From NCBI GenBank assembly GCA_951406725.2, contig OX597814.1, positions 76,632,001 through 76,696,000 on the forward strand: DNA of 64,000 nt, read 5' to 3'. Below, piece after piece: positions 11,657-23,185 of the stretch; positions within the stretch are counted from its first letter, which is position 1, and each line of letters begins with the position of its first letter. The position numbers were made by a program, and so were the translations under genes. The notes under the pieces are model-generated. The model searched no databases. It had not been told where the DNA came from and saw only the letters and a list, made by a program, of their open reading frames with translations. This DNA is from Octopus vulgaris. Taxonomy: Eukaryota.

Positions 11657-12188
11657 TAGATATACCGGAATTAACGGTAAAACAAGAATTTACGGAGATA
11701 TAAACAAGAATTCGATACACATATACATATACATACAGATATATACACGCATGTGACAAATAATATATTTAGGATAGATATGCCGGAATTAACAGTAAAA
11801 CAAGAATTTACGGAGATATAAACAAGAATTCGATACACATATACATATACATACAGATATATACACGCATGTGACAAATAATATATTTAGGATAGATATG
11901 CCGGAATTAACGATAAAACAAGAATTTACGGAGATATAAACAAGAATTCAATACACATATACATATACATACAGATATATACACGCATGTGACAAATAAT
12001 ATATTTCGGATAGATATGCCGGAATTAACGATAAAACAAGAATTTACGGAGATATAAACAAGAATTCGATACATATATACATATACATACAGATATATAC
12101 ACGCATGTGACAAATAATATATTTAGGATAGATATGCCGGAATTAACGATAAAACAAGAATTTACGGAGATATAAACAAGAATTCGAT
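11657..12188. repeat. 118-bp tandem repeat, about 4.5 near-identical copies
   Basis: CCGGAATTAAC recurs at 11665, 11783, 11901, 12019 and 12137. Confidence 0.95.
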
Positions 12189-12189
12189 T

Positions 12190-12505
12190 ACTTATCTTAT
12201 TAAAGATATACGAAGAGGTTTTCTTTTTCCTTTTGCTATTTGAGTCGACTGGGAATAAATTTAGAAGATTCCATGTGCTTTTTCGACAGGGAGAAATCTT
12301 GTGTGTGTTGCGAGCACAAGTGAACAATACTTGACTTGTGGCAAAATATATTGCGGTTTTTAAACAAAATGTCCAAGTATACGTCTATAAGGTAATAATA
12401 GTTTTTTGTGAGTGTTCGCCAAATTATTTCGTCGACTTATATGCAACCCTTCTTGTTTTTTTATCGCAGAGCAAGACAACACGTGTTTACTCTACGAAGC
12501 CGGAA

Positions 12506-12507
<2 letters not shown>
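12190..12507. promoter_or_regulatory. Candidate promoter / non-coding first exon (CpG-retaining, not repeated in this window)
   Basis: Locally frequent CpG, ETS motif CCGGAAGT at 12500..12507, E-box CACGTG at 12480..12485. Donor-like sites occur on both strands. Confidence 0.4.
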
Positions 12508-12603
<96 letters not shown>

Positions 12604-12610
12604 GAGGTGA

Positions 12611-13092
12611 TGGTGCACAAGCACTGGTTACATTGGACTGGACACCTTATTTGAATGAAGGATAGTAGGATCCCTAAGCAGATGCCATATGGGGAACTTG
12701 TGAATGGAAAGAGACCTCAGTAGAAACCAAGGCTGCGATTTAAGGACTGTGTCAGGTCCTCATTGAAGGCCTGGGATATGCAGGAGACTGACTGGGAGAG
12801 CAATGCCTGTCATTGCCACAGATGGAGGAAGCAGGTTAAGGAGGGAGTTGACACTTTTGAGAGAGCATGTATTCTGCATGAAGAACTTAAGCATGCAGCT
12901 CAAAAGTGCACTGCTGGTGTAGTGAATGGGGAAAGCTTGGTTTGCAATGTTTGCAGTCATGTATGCTTGTCAAGAGCAGGGCTCATTAGCCACCAATAGA
13001 GCTGCATATGCAAAATATAAGTTAGTCCTAGAGTGCACAATGTTCCTGAAGGTCAGCAATAGTCTTCCTTGATCACGAGTGGACGACCATCA
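12611..13092 (+). mobile_element. RTE (BovB-like) LINE 3' fragment
   Basis: W.GHL..M.DSRIPKQ..YGEL..GKR..PRLRFKD, then WRKQVKEG and a terminal C2H2-like CNVCSHVCLSRAGLISH. Confidence 0.8.
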
Positions 13093-13244
13093 TATATATA
13101 TGTGTGTGTGTGTGTATGTGAATGTATTTTATGCGTGTCCACAAATTAGCATGCATGTCACTCCAATTTTAGGAGGACATTCGTCATGACCATGGCTGTG
13201 CTTTTGTCAACTTATTTTTCCCGAGACACCCAAGATACATACAA

Positions 13245-13294
13245 TCAAAGCCTTGTGAGTGGATTTGATGGATGAAAACTGAAAGAAGCCTGTC

Positions 13295-13325
<31 letters not shown>

Positions 13326-13670
13326 CATATATATGTATATGTGTCTGTGTTTGTCCTTCCGCCATCGCTTGACAACTGATGTTGTGTTTATGTCCCCAAA
13401 ACTTAGTGGTTCATCAAAGAGAACAATAGAATAAGTAATAGGCTAACAAATAATAAGTCCTAGGGTCGATTTCTTTGACTAAAGACAGTGCTATAGCATT
13501 GCCGCAGTCAAATGACTGAAATGATAAGCTTCCACAGAGTTTCCAACTATCAAATGCCCTCACAAGGCACTGGAAGGTCCGGGCCTATAGTAGAAGACGC
13601 TTGCACAATGTGTGCGCAGTGGAACTGAACCCAAAAGCAACTGGTTGCACAGCTAGCTTTTTAACTACCC
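13245..13670. mobile_element. Two SINE family B pieces, one + (13245..13522) and one - (13527..13670)
   Basis: Matches to the 3' and 5' parts of the copy at 36901..37317. Confidence 0.7.
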
Positions 13671-14287
13671 TTTAGTCCTTTTGAAAATTTTATTGAAATA
13701 TGCCTTATATCTGCGAACCTAAAATTTTTTCATAGAATCCACTTTGAAAAACCTGAGCCTAGAAAGTTAAGTCATCTTTGCAGAATATTTTCGAAGGCCT
13801 TTATTTATAGAAATTATACATGAGGTGTATGATTTGGTGTGTGGGACATGAGTATGGGATTGTGGTTGAGTATAAAGAAAATAATGTAAGTGGAATTAAA
13901 AGGGAAGGGAACAGTTATATTTTATGGCTTTAATTAGTGAATATATTTTGGCTGTTTACCTTGTGTTCAATTCCTGCCTTGTGATCATCGTTGTCTTACT
14001 ATCTTCCACCCTAACGGTATCAGTGAAGTACAGGGGGCGATTTAATAGATTATCCCCTTCCTTAAACTGCAGGCATTAAGGGCATCCCTCCCTGCCGAAG
14101 AAACCATGCCAAAACAGACATGGAGCCTCAGCAGGTCTTCAACTGGCCAGCTCCTGTCAAACCGTCCAACCCATGCCAGAATGGAAAATGGACGTTAAAT
14201 GATGAGGAATTATATATATATATCGTGAGTACCGCTGGCGATATTTTTTCCTCTGTCTTCCCTTCTCGGGATCTTTCCTTCTCCTAT

Positions 14288-14322
14288 GTTTCCGACGAAG
14301 AGCTCTGCTCGAAACGTTAAAC
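14288..14322 (+). ncRNA. Minimal Penelope-type hammerhead ribozyme motif (variant core)
   Basis: GTTT-CCGACGA-A-GAGC(tct)GCTC-GAAA-CGTT-AAAC: stem I GTTT/AAAC, core with U4C, loopless palindromic stem III (ACGT). Confidence 0.55.
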
Positions 14323-14777
14323 CCTCCTTCTTCCCTTCTTTCCTGAGCGTCCAATAATACTTTATTTGTTCCACGTCCTCGCGTTGTTGTGTTTTTTGTG
14401 TTTTCTTGTTTGGATTAACCTTATATATATATATATATGTTGTCGTTTTAGAGAGGCTGGATGACTGTATAGCTACGATTATACCTCTTTTATTATTTAT
14501 TTATTTATGTGTTTGACGGTGTTTGTGGATATGTATGTGTATGAGTGTATGTGTGTGTGTATACATATAATTATGTATGTATGTGCGATTGATCTGTGGA
14601 TGTGCGTGTGCGTACGTGCGTTTCTTGACTAACTAACCGTAAAATTTCTTTTGTGATTCAAATTTAAAACTATAAGCCAATCGAATTAATCTAGAATAAT
14701 CAATATCAAGCGGACAGAATAATCAGACTCATAGATATGTAGATGTCCGATTGATGTACTTGGTACAGACATAATTG

Positions 14778-14839
<62 letters not shown>

Positions 14840-15177
14840 ATTAATAGAAATTTTTATTGACTTTTATAGGTTTATAATTTTATGAACTGAACTGTGTGTT
14901 TTTTTATTATTTTTTATGTATAGGTCTGATTTAAATTTAAATGTGAGTGTGCATATATTTTCCTGTGGGTTAGTTTTTGGAACTAGTAGCCCAATATGTA
15001 GAATAACTGTGTTTGTTAATATATATTGATATAATTTGTTTTGTTTATTTTGTATTATTGTATTAATAAGTATATATATGTGTAGTATTATGAGTGTCTA
15101 TGCACACGTTTTTATATTTTATATTTTTATATTTATATGTATAAAAAAATTTTTTTCACACTTATAATAAATTAAAT

Positions 15178-15288
15178 TCTCTGAAGAGGCCGTGGGGCAT
15201 CCTTGCTAATGTCTCATTTATACCTGCCTTATATGGCTTATAGGTTAAATGAGGCATGCTTGCCCTTACGGCCGAAGCAGCTGTCAGA
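15178..15288 (+). ncRNA. Penelope-type hammerhead motif with long stem II (one core mutation)
   Basis: TCT-CTGAAGA-GGCCGTGGGGCA...TGCCCTTACGGCC-GAAG-CAGCTG-TC-AGA. Inner helix ATGTCTCATTTA/TAAATGAGGCAT. GAAA is changed to GAAG. Confidence 0.6.
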
Positions 15289-15474
15289 TATGATATAATT
15301 ATATATTATATTTTATATTTTATATTTCTATTTCCTTGTCTAATTATATTTACAATATATTTTGTATAATGCCTTTACTGTTATGTAATGGTGTAATAAA
15401 GTATTGATTGGGTATCATCTGATGGTTGATGTTTGATTGATTTAAGTATGTTTCTCCATTTTCTAATTTTGTAG

Positions 15475-15476
<2 letters not shown>

Positions 15477-15564
<88 letters not shown>

Positions 15565-15790
15565 GTGTATGTACGTACGTACGTAGGTATGTATGTACGT
15601 ATGTATGTATGAACGTATGTACGTATGTATGTACGTAGGTATGTATGTACGTATGTACGTATGTATGTACGTACGTATGTACGTATGTATGTATGTACGT
15701 ACATATGTATGTATGTATTTATGTATGTATGTATGTATGTATGTATGTATGTATGTATGTATGTATGTATGTATGTATGTATGTATGTAT
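15477..15790. repeat. (TA)n plus (GTAT/GTAC)n microsatellite
   Basis: Directly visible, just upstream of the ANKRD42-like promoter. Confidence 0.95.
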
Positions 15791-15900
15791 ACACATATTA
15801 GAAACGCTATCATAAGATGTAGCCATAAATCAATATGCACTTTGGCAATTCCTTAATGTAAACTATATTTTGCCGTGTATAGGTTTCCGTAGATTATACT

Positions 15901-15918
15901 GTTCCCATAGCAACCAAT
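15901..15918 (+). promoter_or_regulatory. RFX X-box (15901..15914) overlapping a CCAAT box (15914..15918)
   Basis: GTTCCCATAGCAAC matches the X-box consensus GTTGCCATGGCAAC at 12 of 14 positions and ends about 55 nt upstream of the predicted ATG. Confidence 0.75.
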
Positions 15919-15968
15919 AACTAAAGCAGACCTATAATGTTCTAAGTGGCGATACTTGACGGAGCACC

Positions 15969-15975
15969 ATGCCAG
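15969..15975 (+). CDS. ANKRD42: ANKRD42-like, coding exon 1 (ATG CCA G)
   Basis: Kozak-like GCACCATG and donor CAG|GTTAGA. Phase 1 matches the phase-1 acceptor at 27823, giving MPAIQKYSNIHEAV. An X-box lies immediately upstream. Confidence 0.7.
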
Positions 15976-16217
15976 GTTAGAAAAGTATTTTTTAACGTAA
16001 TTTTTCATTGGCTTATATAGTTTATTTATATAAAGTATTAAACGTTCGAAGCATCTTTATTTCTCCCTTTGTAATTCAATTTCATTCGATTTCCCATTGT
16101 TTAATTTCTCTCTTACTCTCACTCGCTCTCTTTCTCTGCACATACATACATACATACATACATACATACATACATACATACATGCATATGTAGGTACGTA
16201 CATACATACATGCACAC

Positions 16218-16276
<59 letters not shown>

Positions 16277-16325
16277 CACGTACATACATTTATGTGTGTG
16301 TGTAGCAGTTCTGAGTATTAATATT

Positions 16326-16638
16326 TATTGCCAAACTAACGTGGCCGTCTAGAGAAATAGGACAAATACTGCTGTTGATTAGCTCCGAGAGGTGATCGCT
16401 TGTAGCAAGATATATGACACACGAACCTACGTCCATAAACCTTCCGGATAAGGGGAAACTACCCTGAAATCGGTCTTGTGGATGCTAAACCAAGGAGAAG
16501 TTGATGACCTCCCCTATTTGAAAGTTTATGGACGCAGGTTCGTGCGTCATATATCTACTTAGAGATGATCACCTCTCGGAGCTAATCAACAACCACATTC
16601 GTCCTATTTCTCTGGTTTGCCACGTCAGTTTGGCAATA
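16326..16638. mobile_element. MITE/foldback element with about 120-bp imperfect terminal inverted repeats
   Basis: TATTGCCAAACT..GTTGATTAGCTCCGAGAGGTGATC..GTCCATAAAC is mirrored by GTTTATGGAC..GATCACCTCTCGGAGCTAATCAAC..AGTTTGGCAATA. Confidence 0.85.
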
Positions 16639-16823
16639 GGTGTGTATGTGTGTGTGTATATATATATATATATATTCAAAAAGCAATAAAGATTCAAGTC
16701 AATTTTAATGAATTTACTTGAATATGGTACCTAACTTAGATGCACCAAAAAACTATACGGTTTTAACCATACAGTAATGTGGGGTGATTATAAGCGAGAA
16801 AGAAGCAACAAGAATGGATAAGT

Positions 16824-16914
16824 TTTTAGTACAATCGTTTCATACAAAGACAGGCTTTATTAAAAGTTGCAAAAATTGCAGCATATAAACGTGTCCCGTA
16901 CTCATCAGCTAAAA
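16824..16914 (-). ncRNA. Hammerhead ribozyme motif (antisense copy in the left palindrome arm)
   Basis: Reverse complement of 17355..17445. Confidence 0.65.
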
Positions 16915-17354
16915 TACATGTGAGTTCTCTAGACATCTTAGTGGTTGAGGCTATACTCATGAAGTAATGTAGATAATTAAGTAACATAAACAGATTTCCA
17001 AAGTTCGTTAAAGTTCTTTAAAGATGATGCACAGTCTTATCACAGATTTTTAAAAAAGTTTTAATAGCATCACAGAGAAGGTGACAGATTTCCAAAGTTC
17101 ATTAAAGTTCTTTAAAGATGATGCACAGTCTTATCACAGATTTTTAAAAAAGTTTTAATAGCATCACAGAGAAGGTGACTTAAGTCACCTTCTCTGTGAT
17201 GCTATTAAAACTTTTTTTAAAATCTGTGATAAGACTGTGCATCATCTTTAAAGAACTTTAATGAACTTTGGAAATCTGTTTATGTTACTTAATTATCTAC
17301 ATTACTTCATGAGTATAGCCTCAACCACTAAGATGTCTAGAGAACTCACATGTA

Positions 17355-17445
17355 TTTTAGCTGATGAGTACGGGACACGTTTATATGCTGCAATTTTTGC
17401 AACTTTTAATAAAGCCTGTCTTTGTATGAAACGATTGTACTAAAA
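17355..17445 (+). ncRNA. Type I hammerhead ribozyme motif with intact catalytic core (Penelope-type)
   Basis: TTTTAG-CTGATGA-GTACGGGACA...TGTCTTTGTAT-GAAA-C(GATT)G-TA-CTAAAA: 6-bp stem I, canonical CUGAUGA and GAAA, GUA triplet, predicted cleavage after 17439. Confidence 0.7.
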
Positions 17446-17474
17446 ACTTATCCATTCTTGTTGCTTCTTTCTCG

Positions 17475-17510
<36 letters not shown>

Positions 17511-17538
17511 GAGAAAGAAGCAACAAAAATGGATTAGT

Positions 17539-17629
17539 TTTTAGTACAATTGTTTCATACAAAGACAGGCTTTATTACAAGTTGCAAAAATTGCAGCAGA
17601 TAAAAGTGTCCCGTACTCATCAGCTAAAA
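17539..17629 (-). ncRNA. Hammerhead ribozyme motif, third copy, with perfectly palindromic stem III (ACAATTGT)
   Basis: The minus strand reads TTTTAG-CTGATGA-GTACGGGACAC...GTAT-GAAACAATTGTA-CTAAAA. Confidence 0.65.
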
Positions 17630-17754
17630 TACATATGAGTTCTCTAGACATCTTAGTGGGTGAGGTTATACTCATGAAATATTGGAGATAATTCCATTAA
17701 AGGCAGATATAGGTTGTAAACAGTTTTCCAAAGTTCCTTATATATATATATATA

Positions 17755-17879
17755 TACTTTATTTAAAAGCAGCAGAAATTCAACAAAACCTGTTACTCTG
17801 AGTTTCACGTTCCCGTTACGGGTACGTGAAACTCAGAGTAACAGGTTTTGTTGAATTTCTGCTGATTTTAGATAAAGTA
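17755..17879. repeat. 125-bp near-perfect palindrome
   Basis: TACTTTAT..GAGTTTCACGTTCCCGT-T-ACGGGTACGTGAAACTC..ATAAAGTA, centred on 17817. Confidence 0.9.
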
Positions 17880-17945
17880 TATTACTCTACCCCTGGTATT
17901 TGAGTAGTCTTTTTTCCACCTTGTTTCACATTTATGTGTTTACTC

Positions 17946-18021
<76 letters not shown>

Positions 18022-18036
18022 GTATATGTATATATA

Positions 18037-18320
18037 AGTTACGGGGATGTAAACACACCAGCATCGGTTGTCAAGCGATGTTGGGGGGGTCAACACAGAC
18101 ACACAAACATATATATAAATAAATAAATATAGATATATATATATATATATATATACGATGGGCTTCTTTCAGTTTCCATCTACCAAATCCACTCACAAGG
18201 CTTTGGTCAGCCCGAGGCTATAGCAGAAGACACTTGCGCAAGGTGCCACGCAGCGGGACTGAACCCGGAACCATGTGGTTGGTAAGCAAGCTACTTACCA
18301 CACAGCCACTCCTACGCCTA
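18037..18320 (-). mobile_element. SINE family B, 5' and central part
   Basis: Reverse complement of the head GGAGTGGCTGTGTGGTAAGTAGCTTG..GGTTCCGGGTTCAGTCCC. Confidence 0.85.
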
Positions 18321-18479
18321 TATAGTTAATGTTAATTCGTTCAAATTAACGTTTATTGAAAAAAAGACATATCTACAGTTTAATACTCCACCGGCTTTGT
18401 TGCCTTATAACTTCCTGAAAATGGATACTTTTAAACGAAACTTTCACCAAATAATCGCTTATATCCTGTAGATTGAGTG

Positions 18480-20330
18480 TATGTACCGATTTGTAAGGAG
18501 AGCTTCTTATTATGGAACAATCTAGTGTATATTGTATAATTTGTAACTTAAGATTTTGTATGTATGCTGCTAATGAGGTCGAAAATTTGGATTTTGTTTC
18601 AGTAAAGGAATTTAAGTAAGCTCAATAACGATGCTTAAAATCTATAGTACTATTGATATAGACATTTGCTCGGTGTGTGCCTGGTGTTTCTACACGACAT
18701 TTATAAATCATGTTTTTGCGCAGAAAAATAAAACTGCAAGCAAGCATGATTTAGGAATGTGATAATTACAGGTTTTCCTTCTAATTCCACTGTTATGATG
18801 GATCGTGTTGTTACTGACTGAACTAATATGGAGTGCACTCTAAGAATTTAATTATGTAGTAGTCTGAAGTTGGAGTTTACGTCTATTAAGAGAGGTTATT
18901 ATGGATCCTAAGTTTGGTGTGGTGGAGTAAAATAATTTCACTGATGATTTGTTAAAAATAGAGTAGTATTTATGATGTTATGGAAAATTGGATTTCAAAA
19001 TTTTTAAAAATAATTTTGGTAAAGATTTAACCCGGAGAGAGAAGGATGGTGCATACCATTGGATTTCTTGCTTTCTAGTCTTAGAATATGTGGCTACATG
19101 GTCAGAAAGAGGAGATTTATAATTACTATAAGTTCCGGATGGTCTAAGGTGTAAATAATTTGAAGGTGGGTTTTTTATGGGTCTGCTTGATTGATTTGAA
19201 GTGGTGGCCATGCTTATAAAATCTTAGAATCTACTTAATTGTAGAGCCTGATTGTAGTAAGGAGCGTGAATATTAAATATTTCCTCATTAGCAGATAAAT
19301 TTGAGATTCTTATTGAAATCCCTGTAACCATGCTGTCAAGGGTTATTTTAGGATGATTTGAAAGTTCATTTATATATTGCAAGGTTTGGTTGGGCCTTGT
19401 GAAATGGGTAGTATAAGTTAGTATATAAGTTAAGTGTAAGATCCAAAAAAATTTGCCGCCTTGCTATCAGTTTCAAATAAGATATTAAGATAGTAATTTT
19501 CAAAAAAAATTTTTAAGCTTTCTTTATGCATTCAATTGCTAGTCAAAATAATCCCTTAGCTGCTAGGAACGCATCATCACTGTAGAGTCCGCCAGATATG
19601 TTAGCAAACTGCTGCTTAATTTGTGAAAGAAGGTCTATAATTTGGGCCAACTCAGGAGAGCCCATTGTTATATCAAAATAGTCAATAGAAGTATTTCGAG
19701 TCCTTGAAATTAATAAGAATTTTCCTCACTCCCAGAATTATATCTATGTCAGATCGGGATATATCTGCATAGTTTCAGGCAAAAATCAATGTTTTATTCA
19801 CAAGAATCAGAGATATTGATGCATAGTAACTTAATATATCAAATTGAATAAAATTAATATTCCTTGAGGGAATTAAACCAGGTAATAACATTGCCATTTG
19901 AGTTCCATAGAGGGAGCCTGACATTAGCTTTAACATGGGGTACAATTCTATCTGTAATACATTTACTAATTTTACCCAAAACAAGCTTTATGGGACAAAT
20001 AAGTCAGATGGATGGTTTAGAGAGAAAATTAGACTTATGGTCTTTCAGGGTAAAACGGGACGTTTATGGTGCATATTGTTCAGTTCTATTTACTAAATTC
20101 AAATCTGCAATAAGCTTATAATGTGTATTATTGATCTGATTGAGTGCATTTCTATGTGTGTGTTTATAGTTAGTGTTTAGCTCCTTTAGTATTAAACTAT
20201 TGCATGTTTCCAAAGGTGAAGAGTGGAGATTGCTGGTTTTATGGGAGAAACATGTAAAATTGTTGAAGATCTTATTTTTGATATAGTTTTGGAAAGCTTC
20301 TTCTATAATGAGTTAGTGTAGTAAGAAAAT
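18480..20330 (-). mobile_element. Decayed Penelope-like element 1 (RT and linker remnants)
   Basis: FIQFDILSYYASIS, DITMGSPELAQIIDL, GGLYSDDAF, and KQEIQWYAPSFS..FLKILKSNFP. Ends are approximate. Confidence 0.75.
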
Positions 20331-20699
20331 TTTAAGTTTTTCATCATATACTTTAGATCCATCTCAAAATTAGCTAATAGAGGATTTGGAGGAGGGTTTT
20401 TATATGATTTCAGGTTGTATCAAATCAGTAGTCCAATCAGGATGTTTTGATTGGACAACTAGATTCCCAGAAACAGCTGTCGGATTATTTAATATTCAAA
20501 CCTTTTGTGTTTTACTTTTTTCTGGACCCTTAACTTTCTATCTAGTTCTGTGGTATCATTTTTATTCTGTAAGTCAATCAATATATGTATTTATGTTTTC
20601 AATATATTTTTAATATATTTATTATATTTATGTATTTATATATATTTAATGTATTGATAAATCTATATATTTTTATTATATTTATATATCTTTTTTCTA

Positions 20700-21147
20700 T
20701 TACTGTTCTTTTACTTGATTCAATCATTTGACTGTTGTCATGTTGGAACACCACCTTTAGCTGAGCAAATCAACCCCAAGACTTATTCTTTGTAAGCCTA
20801 GTACTTATTCTATTGGTCTCTTTTACTGAACTGCTAAGTTATGTGGATGTAACCACACCAGCATCAGTTGTCAAGCAATGTTGGGTGGGTGGGGGACAAA
20901 CGCTGACACACAAACACATACATACATACATACATACACACACACATACACACACACACATACACACACACACATGCATACATACATATACAATGGGCTT
21001 CTGTCAGTCTCTGTCAACCAAATCCACTCAGAAGGTTTGGGATGGCCCAAGGCTATAGTAGAAGACACTTACCCAAGGTGCCACATAGTAGGACTGAACC
21101 TGGAACCATGTGATTGGTAAGCATGCTACTTACCACACAGCCACTCC
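20700..21147 (-). mobile_element. SINE family B, near full-length
   Basis: Collinear reverse-complement match to 36901..37317, with an internal (CA/CATA)n tract. Confidence 0.85.
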
Positions 21148-23123
21148 AATAAGACTTATTAAAATATTTAAAATTTTTTAAATCTTAAATATAAATAGAT
21201 TACTTAGCTTTACCAGGGCCGTGTCATGAACTAAAATTTTAAAACGGAAAACGTCTTTTAAGCATTTATAAGAATACTCGTAGAATTACGTTATTAACAG
21301 AAATAGAATAAATAGATGAAGAATTCTTTTAACAATGAAAAACTAGGATTATATTTTATCAATGAAAATTATTGTCAATGGAAACAGCTATAGTTTATCA
21401 ATAAAAAAAGTCACAATTATAGAATAAAACCACTAAGTACCATAAGATTTATCATTAAAAATAACTACAATAAATTATACTCAATAATCAATAAATTAAA
21501 TAATTAATATAACTACCAATTACTATGTATTTTCTAAAAATCTTATAAGATTTAATTAATTTATATAAAAAAATTACGTAGTAGTCAAATTAATATCAGT
21601 AAAAAATTTAAAAAATTTAAAAATAGCTATTAGACACATTCAAAATTAATTCAGTAGTAATTCAAGCATTATCTATAATATGACAACTAATTAATATTAA
21701 AACTATATTCTAATAAAATTCATTAAATAATATTGATTAAATAAACATCTAAATAAATCTACTTCAAATATATAGAAAATACATACAAATTGATTAATTT
21801 AACAAATTTATAACAAACTATAAACTTAATTCAAGTATATGATAAATATATATTTATATTATATATCATATTAATCCTCAAAATAAAAGCTAACCAATAA
21901 TAAATTAAACTACTTATATAGGTAAATTAATTTATCTATAGATCAAATACATCGTTCTATAATTGAATAAAAAATACAAATTACCATTATAAAAAATATT
22001 ACATAAAGAAAAAATTATTATCCTCTACATTCAAAATTATAAACCTTCATATAATCTATATTCATTAAAACCATTAAATATTTAGTAATAAAATAAACAT
22101 CTAAATATAATCTAACTTCAAGTAAATAAAGAACCTTTAATAACTCTTATTGACCAATACCAAACCTCATAAAGAATTGGAAACACTACACAACTATCAT
22201 TAATTAATATATTTATAAATTTATTAAAATATAAATTATTTATTTAATAATATTAAATTTAACATATAAAATCATGTAATATGTATTATAAATCACATAC
22301 TAAATTTTAGATTAATACTAGTACATAAATCTACAAATTAGGAACAAAATAGGGTTTAGATATAGTCATTATTTATCTAGAAATTTATTATATAAGTAAA
22401 GTAACCTGTGTCTTCATTTAACTTTACGCTCATCCCAAGTATTCACTAAATTATTAATTTCATAAAATGAAATTTCTTTAAACTCATTAGAACATAAATA
22501 ACAATAATTGCCACCTATACTATATGATTTGGCCTTACTTATAATTTCCCACCTTAAATCATACTTAATACTTTGAGATTTAAGCCCCCGAATGTATTTG
22601 CTAAGCCCTGTAGTGTTAATTAGGTTTTTATTTTTAAATGAATGCATATGCTGTGCGATTCTTAACTTTATTTTAGAGGAAGTGAACCCTATATAAATGG
22701 CGTTTAAGTTATTATTATTCCTATTATTCTCATTAATTAATGTAACTATACATTTATAAACAACATCGTTTAAATCACATTTATTATTAAATTTACACTT
22801 ACATATCTTTATTATTATTGGTATGATTATAAAATTTATTTTTATATAAATTATTGAACTTAAATTTGTTAAAAAAAGAAATAATGTTACCTACACTATT
22901 AGTGATAGAATAACCTACTCCAAAGTTATTACTAGAGAAATTTTTTTTATATTTACGATTATCCTGAATGAATTGTTCAATAATATCTAAAATCTCTTTA
23001 ATAATGTTAGTTTTAATCTAAGCACCAGAAGGAACAAGTAACCAAATTTTATTCTTCTTCTTCTTATTATTATTATTATTAATATTATTACTATCATTCT
23101 TCTTCTTCTTCTTCTTCTTCTTC

Positions 23124-23185
<62 letters not shown>

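Larger units (their letters stand above)
16793..17476. repeat. Spacerless near-perfect palindrome (295-bp arms; the left arm has an extra 94-bp tandem duplication)
   Basis: Centre GGTGACTT|AAGTCACC at 17181/17182. The duplicated unit starts at 16990 and 17084. A third, diverged copy of the arm lies at about 17511..17737. Confidence 0.95.

Noticed and set aside
11657-12188. Regular array considered as CRISPR-like
   Set aside because: The units are wholly repeated with no unique spacers, there are no cas genes, and the context is eukaryotic.
12369-12391. ATGTCCAAG..ATAAG|gtaata as the ANKRD42 first coding exon
   Set aside because: It ends in phase 2, which is incompatible with the phase-1 acceptor at 27823. 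The 15969 exon fits in phase and has an X-box.
21150-22400. Extremely AT-rich tract considered as a mitochondrial insertion
   Set aside because: I recognised no mitochondrial gene or tRNA. It adjoins the 3' side of Penelope element 2 and is more likely part of it.
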